DNA from: Longimicrobiales bacterium
GTDB taxonomy: Bacteria; Gemmatimonadota; Gemmatimonadetes; Longimicrobiales; Gaopeijiaceae
Reading direction: 5' to 3'
Assembly (NCBI GenBank): GCA_965197725.1
Contig: CBDANQ010000051.1
Coordinates: 1-64,000 of the forward strand
DNA: 64,000 nucleotides
Each line of letters opens with the position of its first letter. Within the stretch, counting starts at the first letter, position 1. The position numbers were made by a program, and so were the translations under genes. The notes under the pieces are model-generated. The model ran no database searches and had not been told where the DNA came from. It was given only the letters and a program-made list of their open reading frames with translations. This document shows positions 62,821 through 64,000 of this stretch, one piece after another.

Positions 62821-63914
62821 GCCCGTTCCCTCGCGTGGACTACGGTGGCCTCACTCCGTACGCACCCGACCGGCGCCCGGTCGATGTCGACCTGAGCGAC
62901 AACACCAATCTCTGGGGCACGCACCCGGCCGCGCTCGCACGTATCCAGGCCACCACCAGCGACGACCTGGCCCGCTACCCAGAGCTCTACGCCGACCGGC
63001 TACGCGCAGCAGTGGCGCAGCGATTCGACATACAGGTCGACTGCGTGACCACCGGCGCGGGCTCCGACGACGTTCTGGATTCGGCCTTCCGCGCCGCGTT
63101 CGGAAGGGGCGCCACCGTGCGCTACCCGAGTCCGACCTTTTCCATGGTCGAGCCGTTTGCGCGCATGAACGGCATCGGTGCCAGGGCGGTGCCGTGGTCC
63201 GAGGCTGCCTGGGACCCTCGGCTGCTCCTGGAAGAAGATCCCGACCTGGTCTACGTGTGCCGCCCCAACAACCCGACGGGAGAGCTGCTTCCCGAAGAGT
63301 GGATCGAGCGGCTGCTCTGGTACCGCAGTGACGAGGGACCGTTAATTATTCTCGATGAGGCGTACGCCGACTTCGCGGAAGAGACGATGATTTCCTGGGC
63401 GGTGCGGACCCCACGCTTGCTCGTTGCCCGCACCGCCTCCAAGGCGTTCGGCCTCGCGGGCCTTCGCTGCGGCTTCGGCGTCGCCCAACCGGAGACAACG
63501 CTGGAGATCGAGAAGTCTCGGGGCCCGTACAAGGTCTCGGGACTCGCCGCGGAAGCGGCCGCCGCCGCGCTGCTCGACGAAGACGGTTGGATGGCCGGCA
63601 CAGTAGCGGAGTGCCTCGCGAATCGCGCGCGACTCACCGACGCTCTTCGGACCCGTGGTCTCGAGCCACTCGAGTCGCGTACCAACTTCGTCCTGTTCGC
63701 CTCACCCAGCGGGTCCGCGTCCGATGACGCGCTGGCGCTGAGGGAGCGAGGCATCGCGGTGCGCCCGTTCGCCGGAATCGAAGCCATCGGCGAGAGTCTG
63801 CGCGTGACCGTCGGCCCTTGGCCTCTGATGGAGCGGTTTCTGGACGCGCTCGACGCGACCACGTGGGCCACAGAGCCAAAGGGAGCCGACCCGCCACGAG
63901 GAGGAGCCGCATGA
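62817..63914 (+). CDS. hisC: Histidinol-phosphate aminotransferase
   Basis: GAGSDD, PNNPTG, DEAYADF and RTASKAFGLAGLRCG. Confidence 0.95.
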   Translation: MSPFPRVDYGGLTPYAPDRRPVDVDLSDNTNLWGTHPAALARIQATTSDDLARYPELYADRLRAAVAQRFDIQVDCVTTGAGSDDVLDSAFRAAFGRGATVRYPSPTFSMVEPFARMNGIGARAVPWSEAAWDPRLLLEEDPDLVYVCRPNNPTGELLPEEWIERLLWYRSDEGPLIILDEAYADFAEETMISWAVRTPRLLVARTASKAFGLAGLRCGFGVAQPETTLEIEKSRGPYKVSGLAAEAAAAALLDEDGWMAGTVAECLANRARLTDALRTRGLEPLESRTNFVLFASPSGSASDDALALRERGIAVRPFAGIEAIGESLRVTVGPWPLMERFLDALDATTWATEPKGADPPRGGAA

Positions 63915-64000
63915 AGCTCGCGCTCTTCGACTACGGCGCCGGGAACCTGCACTCTCTGGGCAAGGCACTCGAGGGCTCCGGAGCGAACGTGGTCGTGACT
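63911..64000 (+). CDS. hisH: Imidazole glycerol phosphate synthase glutaminase subunit (5' part, runs off window)
   Basis: MKLALFDYGAGNLHSLGKAL. Confidence 0.9.
   Translation, partial: MKLALFDYGAGNLHSLGKALEGSGANVVVT

Overview
High-GC bacterial chromosomal window, most consistent with a Gemmatimonadota-like genome (inference from gene content and order, not checked by search). The left part (~1-34 kb) is accessory and nutrient-scavenging. It holds a PQQ-dependent dehydrogenase, a Tat-exported PaoABC/XDH-family molybdo-flavoenzyme with two small accessory genes, and two peptide/nickel ABC transporter operons. The second operon carries a 1,231-bp tandem duplication and several frameshifts. Also present are a small-antitoxin plus AbiEii-like nucleotidyltransferase pair, a CxxCH protein, a secreted two-gene module behind a structured leader, DUF3179, a pilin-like gene, a cyclophilin and DUF5916. 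The right part (~34-64 kb) is mostly intact housekeeping: M28 peptidase, REC-PIG-L fusion, accA, ricT, metG, M23, two degenerate M16 subunits, fadJ, mocA and a split xdhC, VKOR/DsbA, gyrA, uvrA and hisGDCH. The his operon is preceded by a clear His-leader transcription attenuator. The most striking cross-window patterns are (i) many short tandem duplications, often at start/stop junctions, (ii) frameshifts confined to accessory genes and (iii) short relics of deleted genes in intergenic spacers. Together these suggest ongoing gene decay, although sequencing or assembly error cannot be excluded. No rRNA, convincing tRNA, CRISPR array or transposase was seen.
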